A stretch of DNA of 64,000 bases from a bacterium (GCA_963674595.2 CAXXFV010000016.1:768001-832000), one strand, 5' to 3'; counted from the stretch's first letter, positions 37,821-50,121 are shown. Numbers and translations are program-made. Notes: generated by a model not told the origin, from the letters alone.

Positions 37821-40742
37821 TTAAAAATCCCACCCAAAGAAAAATTGTGTAAACCACCTGTGATTCATATCGTATTTCATGATTTTATATGGGTGTTCTT
37901 CATCAAGAAACAGGTTAAATTTTCGTCCCACATCAAAACGAAGAACCAGAACCCCTGCAAACTGAAACCGTATTCCGAATCCTGTTGAACCCAAAATCCG
38001 GTCCAGGTCATTGTCCCAGGCATTTCCGGCATCGACAAAAAGAGCGCCCCGAATGGAACTAAAGGCCAGGCCGCCGAATGGAAAGTGTACCATAAAACGA
38101 TTTATAAATGGGAAACGCAGCTCCTGGCTCATAAAAGCCATTTTTGTTCCCCATATACGCCAAAAACTGTAACCTCGGAGGTCCCAGCTTCCGCCCATAA
38201 AAAATGGAGTTGATTCTTTACCATTATTAATTTGCGTCCAGAAACGCATGGCATGAGACACGCTGGTATTCAGACGAAAGTAGCGTCGATAATCCAAAAT
38301 GGTGGTAACAAAGTTTACATTGGAATGTGCGACATCTATTGTATTGCCGATAGTAAAATTGATGCGTTCACCGTCAATGGGGCCTGTGGGTCCCCACAGA
38401 GACGTGTCTTTGATATAGGATGCAAAATTTGACACCAGCAGCGCTTTTCTGCGGTATTGGCTGGAGTACCATTCCTTATCCGAAGACCGGACGTTCAAAC
38501 TGGCTTCGACGCGTTTGAATTTTGAAATCGGATAACTGATGGCGCCGAATCCGCCAAAGCGCCTTTCCCAAAACCAGGAATCATAAAGATTATAAAAACG
38601 ACCGGCAAAATGATAAAACCCTATGGCTGTGTTTGTTCGTCGTGATAAATCCACCCGCGAAACAGCAAAATTAAAACTTTCCAAAAATTCATCGCGTGTA
38701 CGTGCTGTGTTGTAGAGTAAAAAGAAATATTGATAGTTACCGAGCATATCTGAAATTGCCAATTGCATTCCACCGGATGTGCCAAAAATTGGGTCCTGGG
38801 TGATTTGACTTTGAGCAATATCAAGATTGTATTTTGTTTTATATTTGATGCCGGCAGAACCGCTTTCTCCTCCAAGACGGTTGAATGCCCATGTTGAAAA
38901 TTCAGGCGTAATCTCTCTTTTTACAACAAGCGGCTGCTGCATAAATTTTTGGATCGGATTTTTGTATAAATGAATCTGAAAAGAGTGCTTTTCAAAAGCC
39001 GTATATAATAAATTTTCGGAATCGGTCCATTCCGGATCAAATGCGCCTGTTGTGAAAAATGTAACCTGCTTAAGTTGATACTCTCTGTTTAAATCTGTTA
39101 ACCATTTGTTTTGCTCTAAAAAGTTGGGTGTTTTAGAGTTGGTATCCAAAAATGATTTTGATGCATTTTTTGTTTGTAGTATCCAGATGTTTGATGTACC
39201 GCTTCTGTCGGACGTAAAGGCCAGATACTGACCATCGGGCGACCATTTGGGTGCACGGTCATGATGCGGACCTGTCGTAATATAATTAACAAGACCGGTT
39301 TTTAAATCATACGTGAAAAGGTTATAGGCACCCTGTTTACCATGATAGCCGCGGTCGGAGCTGAATATGATATAGCGGTTATCCGGGGACCAGTTGGCAT
39401 CAACATCATCAAAATGATCATCTGTTAGTCGGACAAGTTCCTGTGTTTCCCTCTCATAAATGTATAAATCACTTTTTCCGGTGAAACCAATTCCTGTAAA
39501 AACAATTTTTTGGTTATCCGGCGACCAGGCCGGCGAGTAGATGGAGACAAGGTCTTTAAAATATTTTTTAGTGGTTATTTTATCTGTCTCAATATCCAGG
39601 ATATATAGGTTGTCTTTTTCACCACTTTTGGATATAAATGTCAGTTCTTTGTCTTTATTAACGGAAATATTACTGGACAACAGGTGAAAGGACTCGAATT
39701 CCGGTGTTCGTTCTCCGGCCACCAATACCTTTGCTTTAACCTTAGATTCTACCGGAACCAGGGGCTGAATATAAATATTTGAATACCCTGTTCGGTTGGA
39801 AATATAAACAATAAAAGAGTCCTGATCTTGTTTATAGAATGCCGGTTTAATATTGATGCCCTTATTGGTAATGGGCGTGCTGATCATAGATGCGGAATCG
39901 TTGTCTTCAAGTAAGGGATATTTTTGTTTTTTAAGGGCATATTCCCATTCTTTGTTAAATTCAACAAAGTTTTTACCCAGGGTGATTTTCATAACATTTG
40001 AAAACTGGCGTGTCATCCAGACGTTTTCTATGAGCTGCAATATTTTTTCATCACCATAGTTTTCGGCAATATATTTAACAATAGCCTGACCCTCTTTATA
40101 CATTAAAAAGGATCCGGAAATTTGATACAGATTTTGAATTGGAAACAGATAATCGTTTAGAATGGCGTCACGAATAAACATCTCTGCCTGCGAGTCCCAA
40201 CCTGTTGACCAATATTCTGCCAACCCCTCAATGAACCATAAAGGCATTCCGGGATGATTGAGTTGGCGATGGTCTTTAATTATCCGGTTATATTTACTCA
40301 TTGTAAAAACATGCACGAGCTCGTGCTGAATTACATGTTTAAAATCCGGGATGGACCCGTTAGCCGGAACAACGACACGTCCTTTTAAAAATTCAAAAAA
40401 TCCGCCAACGCCTTCCTGAACCATATAGGGAGTCGTGTTTGTTTCCTGAAAATGGGCGTGAGTGGCGTAAAATATTAAAGGAATTTTCTGTGCGATGTTG
40501 TGATTAAATTTTGTTTCCAAAAGTGTATAAACATTCTCTGCGTGTGCTGCTCCTATTTCCGCCAGTTCACGCATTTCAGGATAATAGTAAATATCAAAGT
40601 GTTCTGTTTTAAGAATATGCCAGTCAAATTGATTGTACTGTATTTTATTTCGGCCAAAATAGTATTGGGCGTACCCCTGGGAATAAAAAATCGTACACAA
40701 GAGGAATAAAATTATAAACAGGTGAGGCCATTTTAATTTCAT
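37821..40742 (-). CDS. Zn-peptidase + TolB-like (PD40) propeller + Omp85 beta-barrel fusion
   Basis: HELVH...WFIEGLAEY gluzincin motif; PAWSPD/ANWSPD/PKWSPDG repeats; MGGSWDLRGY; FVDAGNAW; terminal FFFGWDF. Confidence 0.85.
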   Translation of the reverse strand: MKLKWPHLFIILFLLCTIFYSQGYAQYYFGRNKIQYNQFDWHILKTEHFDIYYYPEMRELAEIGAAHAENVYTLLETKFNHNIAQKIPLIFYATHAHFQETNTTPYMVQEGVGGFFEFLKGRVVVPANGSIPDFKHVIQHELVHVFTMSKYNRIIKDHRQLNHPGMPLWFIEGLAEYWSTGWDSQAEMFIRDAILNDYLFPIQNLYQISGSFLMYKEGQAIVKYIAENYGDEKILQLIENVWMTRQFSNVMKITLGKNFVEFNKEWEYALKKQKYPLLEDNDSASMISTPITNKGINIKPAFYKQDQDSFIVYISNRTGYSNIYIQPLVPVESKVKAKVLVAGERTPEFESFHLLSSNISVNKDKELTFISKSGEKDNLYILDIETDKITTKKYFKDLVSIYSPAWSPDNQKIVFTGIGFTGKSDLYIYERETQELVRLTDDHFDDVDANWSPDNRYIIFSSDRGYHGKQGAYNLFTYDLKTGLVNYITTGPHHDRAPKWSPDGQYLAFTSDRSGTSNIWILQTKNASKSFLDTNSKTPNFLEQNKWLTDLNREYQLKQVTFFTTGAFDPEWTDSENLLYTAFEKHSFQIHLYKNPIQKFMQQPLVVKREITPEFSTWAFNRLGGESGSAGIKYKTKYNLDIAQSQITQDPIFGTSGGMQLAISDMLGNYQYFFLLYNTARTRDEFLESFNFAVSRVDLSRRTNTAIGFYHFAGRFYNLYDSWFWERRFGGFGAISYPISKFKRVEASLNVRSSDKEWYSSQYRRKALLVSNFASYIKDTSLWGPTGPIDGERINFTIGNTIDVAHSNVNFVTTILDYRRYFRLNTSVSHAMRFWTQINNGKESTPFFMGGSWDLRGYSFWRIWGTKMAFMSQELRFPFINRFMVHFPFGGLAFSSIRGALFVDAGNAWDNDLDRILGSTGFGIRFQFAGVLVLRFDVGRKFNLFLDEEHPYKIMKYDMNHRWFTQFFFGWDF

Positions 40743-40825
40743 GAAACTAATATTTACCTTTAATTCGAGTTAGGGTTAACAGTTATAGACAGATTATATT
40801 TAAACTCACTATATCGGGACAAGTT

Positions 40826-41947
40826 TCATTCTTGCAAATTTTTTTCATAAAAACGATATGTTTTATATTGTTCTGCATTCAGGTCCTTTAAAGCACCAAT
40901 CATACGCTGATTTGTTTCTACAATGATGGAACATTCGGAATCTTCATAACCCATTTCTCTGCCTTTTTCAATTGTATTCAGATAAAAGACGATATCCAGC
41001 CCGCGATGTCTGTGTTCTTTTAATACACCCATGGCAATCGTACGGACTCGTTTTGTTTTATTAATATTAAGTAATATTTTTAACAATCCAAAAGGCCAAA
41101 GTCTTCCATTTGCTTTTTTTAGGGCAGGATTTGCATCTTTAATTGTTAAAGAAAAACCAACGACCTGGTCGTCAATATAAGCCAGATAGGTCATTTCCGG
41201 TATAACGATCATCCGCAGTTCTTTTGCCAAATGCTCGAGCTGTTTTTCTGTTAAAGGAACATGTCCCCAGTTTTCCATCCAGGCATCGCTAAAAATAATG
41301 CCCACATCCTTGACAGCATTATCAAAATTTTTCATATCCAGGGGTACTATTTTTATGTCCCCTTGTTTTAGAATTCTATCCCGGATTTTGTAAAAAGTCT
41401 TTTTAATTTCAATACTTTTATTAACAAGAAAGGCATACCAGTCAATAGATTTCACAAGACCGGCGTTTTTTACAAGATCGTTGTAATAGGGTGGATTATA
41501 GGAAAGTAAAATAACCGGTATAGAGTCGTATCCGTCATATAACATACCGCTTTCGTCGTAAAGTGAAAAACTTTGTGGGCCCAGTATTTTTGTTTTACCT
41601 TTTTTTCTCAGCCAATCACATGCCGCATCAAACAAGGCATTGGCAGCTTTTTGATTGTTTTCGCACTCGAAAAAACCGAAAAAACCGGTTTCCTTGTCAT
41701 GATATTTTTCAAATTGATGATTAATATGAGCAGAAATACGTCCGACCGGTTTTCCGCCGTCATAAGCAATAAAATATTCTGCCTCCCCTAATGTAAAGAA
41801 TACACCCTTGTTTTTATTTAGAAAATTGAGTTGATCTGAAATAAGGGGGGGGACCCAGTAGGGATCGTTTTTATAAATTTGCCATTTGAGTTTGATAAAT
41901 TTTTTCAAGTCTGCTTTTGTTTCAACTTTTTTAATTTGGATATCCAT
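40826..41947 (-). CDS. Double-GNAT N-acyltransferase, bacterial ceramide synthase (bCerS)-like family
   Basis: IYKNDPYWVPPL, GRISA, GFFGFFEC, YNPPYY, ENWGHVP, MGVLKEHRHRG, KTYRFY. Confidence 0.7.
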   Translation of the reverse strand: MDIQIKKVETKADLKKFIKLKWQIYKNDPYWVPPLISDQLNFLNKNKGVFFTLGEAEYFIAYDGGKPVGRISAHINHQFEKYHDKETGFFGFFECENNQKAANALFDAACDWLRKKGKTKILGPQSFSLYDESGMLYDGYDSIPVILLSYNPPYYNDLVKNAGLVKSIDWYAFLVNKSIEIKKTFYKIRDRILKQGDIKIVPLDMKNFDNAVKDVGIIFSDAWMENWGHVPLTEKQLEHLAKELRMIVIPEMTYLAYIDDQVVGFSLTIKDANPALKKANGRLWPFGLLKILLNINKTKRVRTIAMGVLKEHRHRGLDIVFYLNTIEKGREMGYEDSECSIIVETNQRMIGALKDLNAEQYKTYRFYEKNLQE

Positions 41948-42011
41948 GGACGTTCTGCTCCAATGCTTGTTTTCTGTATGACGTATTTAAAGATATTTTA
42001 TAAAAAAAGTA

Positions 42012-42040
42012 TTGCTCTTTTGTTAAAAGAATGTTATATT
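42012..42040 (+). promoter_or_regulatory. Sigma70 promoter of rpsT
   Basis: TTGCTC-N17-TATATT with TG extension. Confidence 0.55.
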
Positions 42041-42075
42041 TTAATCTTGGAAAAAAATGAAAGGTGAAATTTAAA

Positions 42076-42327
42076 ATGGCACATCATAAATCGACAATTA
42101 AAAGAATCCAAACAAACGCTCGTGACAATCTGAGAAACAAGGCTTATATGTCTTCCTTGCGAACACAGGTGAAAAAAGTTCGTTCAGCAACCACAAGAGA
42201 AGAAGCCGAAGTATTGTATAAAAAAGTTTCTTCATTATTAGACAAACTGGCAAATAAAAACATTATTCATAAAAATAAAGCTGCTAATCAGAAATCAAAA
42301 TTAGCTTTGGTTGTAAACAAGTTATAA
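42076..42327 (+). CDS. rpsT: 30S ribosomal protein S20
   Basis: MAHHKSTIKR...IIHKNKAANQKSKL. Confidence 0.97.
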   Translation: MAHHKSTIKRIQTNARDNLRNKAYMSSLRTQVKKVRSATTREEAEVLYKKVSSLLDKLANKNIIHKNKAANQKSKLALVVNKL

Positions 42328-42356
42328 TTTCGGTTAGCAAAGTTTTTTAATAGATT

Positions 42357-42387
42357 GTCTGGCACTTTATAAATGCCAGACTTTTTT
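42357..42387 (+). terminator. Intrinsic terminator after rpsT
   Basis: GTCTGGCA-N9-TGCCAGAC followed by T6. Confidence 0.8.
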
Positions 42388-42446
42388 ATGTTTTTAACAG
42401 GGATAGTAAATTTCCCCCCCATCCTTTATTTACTTTACTTTTTTTA

Positions 42447-43913
<1,467 letters not shown>

Positions 43914-43932
43914 TTATTCTCCAAGTTTTCTA

Positions 43933-45459
43933 CTATAGTGTGTTGATAACACTTTCTACAGCTTCTACGATTACATTTTCTTCGATAAGTTGTTTTATTT
44001 TATTAATATCTTTTTGTAAAAAACGATCACGATGCATCGCCGGAATTGTTTCTCTGATTTTTTGAAAAGCCGGATATGTTCCCTTGCCGGGTTTAAGGTC
44101 TTTTCTAAAATCGATTGCCTGACACCCTGCCAGTAATTCAATTCCTATTATAGTTTCTACATTGTCAAGAACTTCAAATGCCTTTCGTGCGGCATGTGTT
44201 CCCATGCTTACAAAATCTTCCTGGTTTGCCGAAGTTGGTATTGAATCGACAGAGGCAGGATGACAAAGTACCTTGTTTTCTGAAACAAGCGCTGCTGCGG
44301 TAACCTGAGCAATCATAAAACCGGAATTGGTCCCGCTGTTTGATGCTAAAAATGGCGGTAATCCGCTTTGGTTTGTATCCATCAAATTTTCTAAACGACG
44401 TTCTGAAATGTTTGCCAGTTGGGCCAGTGCTATGGCCATTGTATCACACGCTAATGAAATGGGTTGACCGTGAAAATTTCCGCCTGATAATATTTCATGC
44501 TCTGTCGGAAAAACCAAAGGGTTATCGGTTGATGCATTTAATTCTATGGTAACCATTTGTTCGACAAAATCAATGGCGTGTCGAACAGCGCTATGGACCT
44601 GTGGAATACATCTTGAACTGTAGGCATCCTGAACTTTTCCGCAGTCTTTGTGTGATTCAACAATTTCACTGTCTGCCATTAGTTTTTCAAGATTGGCACC
44701 AACCTCGATCTGATGTTTAAATCCTCTTGCTTTTTGGATGCGATGGTCAAATGCCACCTTTGTACCTAATAAACTTTCAACAGTGATGGCCCCGGCAATA
44801 TCGGCCAGTTTTAACAGATTTTTGGCTCTGTATAAGGCCAAAGCCGCATAAGCTGTCATAATTTGTGTGCCGTTTAACAGGGCCAGCCCCTCTTTTGCCT
44901 TTAATTTTAAAGGTTTTAGCTGAATGGCTGATAAAGCTTCTTTTCCACTTATTTTTTTATCGTTAAACCAGGCATCGCCCAAACCAAGCATAACCAGTGT
45001 CATGTGTGAAAGTGGAGCCAGGTCTCCGGATGCGCCAACTGAGCCTTTTTTAGGAACGCAGGGGATTACACCGTTGTTTAACATTTTTATTAGAAATTCT
45101 GCAACAAGAGGTCGTGTTCCGGAAAATCCTTTGCAAAGAGCGTTAGCTTTTAAAAGCATTGCAGCCCTTATAACATCTTGCGGTATTAATTCGCCTGTAC
45201 CACAAGCATGACTTAAAACCAGGTTTAGCTGAAGTTCTTCAAGTTCATCTTGCGGAATGTGAATGTTGGCTAGTTTACCGAAACCTGTATTAATACCGTA
45301 GGCAATTTGTCCTTCAGCGATTATTTCTTCTATACACTGACGTGATGTTTCCATACATTTGAGGGCTGACGAGGCTATCTTGACATGACGGTTTTTAAGA
45401 GCTACCAGATATGTGTTTTCTAATGTAAGAGAATTGCCATTGATAGTAATGGAATGCAT
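43933..45459 (-). CDS. hutH: Histidine ammonia-lyase
   Basis: YGINTGFG, SHACG, MIO motif GSVGASGDLAP, VQDAYSSRCIPQ, GGNFHG, NQEDFVSM. Confidence 0.95.
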   Translation of the reverse strand: MHSITINGNSLTLENTYLVALKNRHVKIASSALKCMETSRQCIEEIIAEGQIAYGINTGFGKLANIHIPQDELEELQLNLVLSHACGTGELIPQDVIRAAMLLKANALCKGFSGTRPLVAEFLIKMLNNGVIPCVPKKGSVGASGDLAPLSHMTLVMLGLGDAWFNDKKISGKEALSAIQLKPLKLKAKEGLALLNGTQIMTAYAALALYRAKNLLKLADIAGAITVESLLGTKVAFDHRIQKARGFKHQIEVGANLEKLMADSEIVESHKDCGKVQDAYSSRCIPQVHSAVRHAIDFVEQMVTIELNASTDNPLVFPTEHEILSGGNFHGQPISLACDTMAIALAQLANISERRLENLMDTNQSGLPPFLASNSGTNSGFMIAQVTAAALVSENKVLCHPASVDSIPTSANQEDFVSMGTHAARKAFEVLDNVETIIGIELLAGCQAIDFRKDLKPGKGTYPAFQKIRETIPAMHRDRFLQKDINKIKQLIEENVIVEAVESVINTL

Positions 45460-45565
45460 AAAAAAGACATCCTAAAAATCGATCACGTTTTGGAATAATA
45501 CAGAAAATTTAACAAAGAATCAACTTGTTTTTAAATTCTGTATGTTGCGCAGGGTAAAGTAATAT

Positions 45566-45592
45566 AAAAAAAGCGGCTGTTAAGCCGCTTTT
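45566..45592 (-). terminator. Intrinsic terminator after the lytic transglycosylase gene
   Basis: AAAAGCGGCT / AGCCGCTTTT stem with U-tract on the minus strand. Confidence 0.8.
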
Positions 45593-45597
45593 ACATT

Positions 45598-46290
45598 TTA
45601 CATTACATCTATTGAACGAAATTCGTCATACCATTTCAGGACAGCCGGTATGTAATTTCGGGTTTCGCTGTATAACAGATTATTGTTTTTATTAGAGGCC
45701 AACCATCTTTCAGCATGGCGCGGGCCTGCATTATAGGCGGCTAGTCCGCCGTCTTTGTCATACATCGTTACCAAGTCACTTAGATATCTGCATCCGAGTT
45801 GAATATTTTTAATCGGATCAAAAAGAATTTTTTCTGGTGTTGTCCATTCCAAGCCTTCTTCAACAGCCAAAAATGCACCGGTTGCCGGCATAACCTGCAT
45901 AAGTCCCATAGCGCCGACATGTGAGGTAACCATAGGGTTCCATGTTTTAGCGCTTTCATGAGTTATAGTCGCATTTATAAAATCGACATTCAGATTGGGA
46001 TATTTTTGACTCATGATATAAATTTCTGAAGCTATATTTTCTTTTTGGTTGCTGTTCAGATTTGTGTTAAAACGGGAAATAATGTCGACTGTCTTTTTAA
46101 TATGTGTTCTTCTGTCCTGGTCTATGACATTTAATATATTTTGTGATTGTATTTTATAATTTATTTTATTAACTTTTGCTTTTAATAAATAATCATGATT
46201 TAGATTTATAAGAGCACTTGTTAAAATAATTATGAACAATACCACAATTACAACCCATTTCCCAATGCTTAAGCGAAGCCCCTTGCTCAT
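45598..46290 (-). CDS. Lytic transglycosylase (SLT domain)
   Basis: HES, GAMGLMQVMPAT, LAAYNAGP, ETRNY. Confidence 0.92.
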   Translation of the reverse strand: MSKGLRLSIGKWVVIVVLFIIILTSALINLNHDYLLKAKVNKINYKIQSQNILNVIDQDRRTHIKKTVDIISRFNTNLNSNQKENIASEIYIMSQKYPNLNVDFINATITHESAKTWNPMVTSHVGAMGLMQVMPATGAFLAVEEGLEWTTPEKILFDPIKNIQLGCRYLSDLVTMYDKDGGLAAYNAGPRHAERWLASNKNNNLLYSETRNYIPAVLKWYDEFRSIDVM

Positions 46291-46592
46291 AATCTTTATC
46301 CTTTCCTTCTTCTATTCTCATTATTATTACAATTTCAAATAAACACTAAATTCACAAATTTTATTTCATTTGTGGATTTATCGGGATAAATACAAGTATT
46401 ATGCCATACTTTTGAAAAATAATAAAAATAGGGTGGAAAGATATAAAAAGATGTTATAAATTATATGATTATAACAGTTTTTAATTAGTAAAAATAGTTA
46501 TATCCAGAGTGTTTTTGATATTAATTTTGTGGCTTATATTGGTCATTAATATCTCAAAATGTTACATTTTAATCGGGCGTTTAAATACGATC

Positions 46593-46621
46593 TTGACAAG
46601 AAACTAAAACTTTATTATACT
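46593..46621 (+). promoter_or_regulatory. Sigma70 promoter of pckG
   Basis: TTGACA-N17-TATACT. Confidence 0.7.
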
Positions 46622-46722
46622 AAAAGACAGGATACACTTATAATATAGAAAATGTTTCAAGTTAATGATTAGCCTGGTTATATTAATTCACCAATGAATC
46701 TATTCATTAACAAGGAGTAAAC

Positions 46723-48513
46723 ATGACGACGAACTTGAAACTGAACAAATGGGTTGAGGAAATGGCCGCCATGTGTCAGCCAGACCAGATCCATTGGTGC
46801 GATGGTTCACAGAAAGAATATGATTATCTCTGTGATCTCATGGTAAAATCTGGTACATTTATCAAATTGAATGATGATAAAAGACCCGGAAGCTATCTTT
46901 GCCAATCTGATCCTCGTGATGTAGCCAGGGTAGAAGATAGAACATTTATCTGTTCAAAAACTCAGGATGATGCCGGACCAACGAATAATTGGAAAGATCC
47001 TGATGAAATGAAAGATATAATGAAAAAACTTTATGCCGGTTGTATGAAGGGAAGAACAATGTATGTTATTCCTTTTAGTATGGGACCTATCGGTTCGGAT
47101 ATTTCTCATATCGGTATAGAGTTGACGGATTCTCCGTATGTTGTTGCAAATATGCGTATAATGACCCGAATGGGAAAAGCAGTGTTGGATCAGTTAGGCG
47201 ACGGAGAGTTTGTAGAATGTCTGCACTCTGTTGGTATGCCATTGGAACCTGGCCAAAAAGATGTTCCATGGCCATGTAATGCTGAAAACAAGTATATCGT
47301 GCATTTCCCGGAAGATCGTATGATTTGGTCTTATGGAAGTGGTTATGGCGGCAATGCCCTTTTGGGTAAAAAATGTTTTGCTTTACGTATTGCTTCTGTA
47401 GTGGCACGAGATCAAGGTTGGATGGCAGAACACATGCTGATTTTGGGTATTACGAATCCGGAAGGTGTTAAGAAATATATCGCAGCTGCATTTCCAAGTG
47501 CATGTGGAAAAACAAATCTTGCCATGCTTATTCCCACTCTGCCGGGATGGAAAGTTGAATGTGTTGGTGATGATATTGCCTGGATGCGTTTCCGTGAAGA
47601 TGGACGGCTATATGCCATTAATCCGGAGTTTGGATTTTTTGGTGTTGCTCCTGGAACATCTATGGATTCTAATCCCAACGCAATGCTGTCATTAACCAAA
47701 AATTCAATTTTTACCAATGTCGCACTGACACCGGATGGTGATGTATGGTGGGAACAAATGACGGACGAAAAACCGGCCAAACTTACAAGCTGGATTGGTG
47801 AAGATTGGACCCCTGATTCAGGAAAAGTCTCTTCTCACCCCAATGCTCGTTTCACAGCACCGGCATCTCAATGTCCGGTGATTGATCCTGATTGGGAAAA
47901 TCCACGTGGTGTGCCAATTTCCGCTATTTTATTTGGTGGACGACGACCTTCTGTTGTGCCGTTGATTCATCAGGCTTTTAGCTGGAAGCATGGTACATTT
48001 TTAGGTTCAATTGTTTCTTCAGAAAAAACAGCTGCTGCAGCCGGAAAAGTTGGTGAACTCCGCCGCGACCCAATGGCTATGTTGCCTTTCTGTGGTTATC
48101 ATATGGGTGATTATTTCAAATATTGGTTGTCCATTGCGGATCGGTCCGGTGAAGAAAATCTACCCAAGATATTCTATGTTAACTGGTTCCGCAAAGATAA
48201 AGATGGAAACTGGTTATGGCCGGGATATGGTGAAAACAGCCGCGTTTTAAAATGGATATTTGAACGATGTGAAGGTGCCACAAACGCAGTTGAAACACCA
48301 ATTGGTTATGTTCCTACCAATGATGCTATTGATACTAACGGATTGGATATTGATGAAAAAGCAATGAAGGAATTGCTAAACGTTAATTCCGATGATTGGT
48401 TGAACGAAATTGACAGCATTAAAGAACATTTTGCCAAATTTGGAGAAAAGCTCCCGGAAGAGCTGAAAAACCAATTAACGGCCCTAGAAGATCGTTTAAA
48501 AGCTGCAAAATAA
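46723..48513 (+). CDS. pckG: Phosphoenolpyruvate carboxykinase (GTP)
   Basis: [47 protein letters not shown]. Confidence 0.98.
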   Translation: MTTNLKLNKWVEEMAAMCQPDQIHWCDGSQKEYDYLCDLMVKSGTFIKLNDDKRPGSYLCQSDPRDVARVEDRTFICSKTQDDAGPTNNWKDPDEMKDIMKKLYAGCMKGRTMYVIPFSMGPIGSDISHIGIELTDSPYVVANMRIMTRMGKAVLDQLGDGEFVECLHSVGMPLEPGQKDVPWPCNAENKYIVHFPEDRMIWSYGSGYGGNALLGKKCFALRIASVVARDQGWMAEHMLILGITNPEGVKKYIAAAFPSACGKTNLAMLIPTLPGWKVECVGDDIAWMRFREDGRLYAINPEFGFFGVAPGTSMDSNPNAMLSLTKNSIFTNVALTPDGDVWWEQMTDEKPAKLTSWIGEDWTPDSGKVSSHPNARFTAPASQCPVIDPDWENPRGVPISAILFGGRRPSVVPLIHQAFSWKHGTFLGSIVSSEKTAAAAGKVGELRRDPMAMLPFCGYHMGDYFKYWLSIADRSGEENLPKIFYVNWFRKDKDGNWLWPGYGENSRVLKWIFERCEGATNAVETPIGYVPTNDAIDTNGLDIDEKAMKELLNVNSDDWLNEIDSIKEHFAKFGEKLPEELKNQLTALEDRLKAAK

Positions 48514-48525
48514 TGTAATTAATAG

Positions 48526-48560
48526 TTGCCGGTTGAGAATATCAACCGGCAATTTTTTTT
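48526..48560 (+). terminator. Intrinsic terminator after pckG
   Basis: TTGCCGGTTGA-N5-TCAACCGGCAA followed by T8. Confidence 0.85.
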
Positions 48561-48634
48561 CATTTCATTTTTGAGATTTTTCCAAGTTGGTCGTTTAGTA
48601 CCCTGGTTAACATTTTATTGAGGAGGACAAAAGT

Positions 48635-49477
48635 ATGAGAAAAGTGTCCGCAAAAACCATAACAAACCAAGTTGCCAAAATTTGTGTTGATGCAAATTAT
48701 TTACTTGATCAGGATGTTGTCGATGCTCTGGAACAGGGTTTGGATAATGAAGACTCTCCAACAGGAAAAGCAATTCTCGAACAGATTATTCAGAATGCAA
48801 AAATTGCCAAAGAAGGGGTGTTTCCTCTTTGTCAGGACACCGGTTTTTCCGTTTTTTTTGTGGAACTCGGACAGGATGTACACATTGAGGATGGAAGTTT
48901 AAATGAGGCCATTACCGAAGGTGTCCGTAAGGGATATGGTGAAGGTTACTTGAGAAAATCTATTGTTGAAGATCCGCTACGTCGAATAAATACCAAAGAC
49001 AATACGCCACCGATTATCTGGACTGATATCGTTCCGGGTGATAAAATTAAAATTACAATTGCTCCAAAAGGCGGGGGAAGCGAAAACATGAGTGAAGTTG
49101 CCATGCTGAAACCTGCGGACGGTGCAGAGGGTGTTAAACGTTTTGTGATCGATAAAGTAAGCCGGTCGGGCGGAAACCCTTGCCCGCCAATTGTTGTGGG
49201 TGTCGGTATCGGCGGTACGTTTGAGAAAGTTGCCTGGTTGGCCAAAAAAGCAATATTAAGACCTATTGGTGTTCGCCATCACGATGCCTATTATGCTGAA
49301 ATGGAAGAGGAATTACTTGATAAGGTTAATAAACTTGGTATCGGACCCCAGGGATTGGGAGGGCGTATCACTGCGCTCGATGTTCATGTTGAAGTTTTTC
49401 CATGTCATATTGCCTCGTTACCTGCTGCTGTTAATATTCAATGCCATGCAGACAGACATAAAACCGTAATAATTTAG
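48635..49477 (+). CDS. Class I Fe-S fumarate hydratase, alpha subunit
   Basis: CQDTG, KGGGSENMS, GNPCPP, QCHADR. Confidence 0.92.
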   Translation: MRKVSAKTITNQVAKICVDANYLLDQDVVDALEQGLDNEDSPTGKAILEQIIQNAKIAKEGVFPLCQDTGFSVFFVELGQDVHIEDGSLNEAITEGVRKGYGEGYLRKSIVEDPLRRINTKDNTPPIIWTDIVPGDKIKITIAPKGGGSENMSEVAMLKPADGAEGVKRFVIDKVSRSGGNPCPPIVVGVGIGGTFEKVAWLAKKAILRPIGVRHHDAYYAEMEEELLDKVNKLGIGPQGLGGRITALDVHVEVFPCHIASLPAAVNIQCHADRHKTVII

Positions 49478-49518
49478 AGGAACTATTTTTTTTCCTTAAA
49501 GAAAATGGGAGTTTAATT

Positions 49519-50076
49519 ATGGCAAATGTAAAAAAACTAAAAACTCCGCTAACCGATGAGGATGTAAAAGATTTAAAAGCGGGAGACAGTGTATTAATCA
49601 CCGGCCCCATCCTTACTGCGCGTGATGCTGCTCATAAAAAACTTGTAGAGCTTTTAGAGGCAAACGAACCTCTTCCTATAGATTTAAAAGGACATCTTGT
49701 TTATTATGTAGGGCCATCACCGGCCCGTCCCGGACAGATTATTGGATCTGCCGGCCCAACAACAAGCTATAGAATGGACCCCTATGCTCCTCTAATTTTG
49801 GCCGAAGGATCAAAAGGAATGATCGGTAAAGGAGAGATGGGCCCTGAAGTTGCGGCTGCCTTGAAACGTTATAAGGGTGTCTATTTTGTTGCTGTTGGTG
49901 GTGCTGCCGCGTTGATTGCCCGTTCTATTAAAAAGAGTGAAATTGTTGCCTATGAAGAACTGGGCGCGGAGGCGATCCGGCGGTTAGAGGTGGAAGATTT
50001 TCCGGCTATTGTGGCGCAAGACAGTCATGGCGGGAATAGTTTTGTTGACGGCCGAAAAACGTATAGTAAAGATTGA
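49519..50076 (+). CDS. Class I Fe-S fumarate hydratase, beta subunit
   Basis: TARDAAH, GPTTSYRM, IGKG, ELGAEA. Confidence 0.92.
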   Translation: MANVKKLKTPLTDEDVKDLKAGDSVLITGPILTARDAAHKKLVELLEANEPLPIDLKGHLVYYVGPSPARPGQIIGSAGPTTSYRMDPYAPLILAEGSKGMIGKGEMGPEVAAALKRYKGVYFVAVGGAAALIARSIKKSEIVAYEELGAEAIRRLEVEDFPAIVAQDSHGGNSFVDGRKTYSKD

Positions 50077-50085
50077 GTATCCATT

Positions 50086-50121
50086 AAAAAGCCTGCTTAA
50101 ATTTTCAAGCAGGCTTTTTTT
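50086..50121. terminator. Bidirectional intrinsic terminator between the fumarase and sdh operons
   Basis: AAAAAGCCTGCTT...AAGCAGGCTTTTTTT between convergent genes. Confidence 0.85.
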
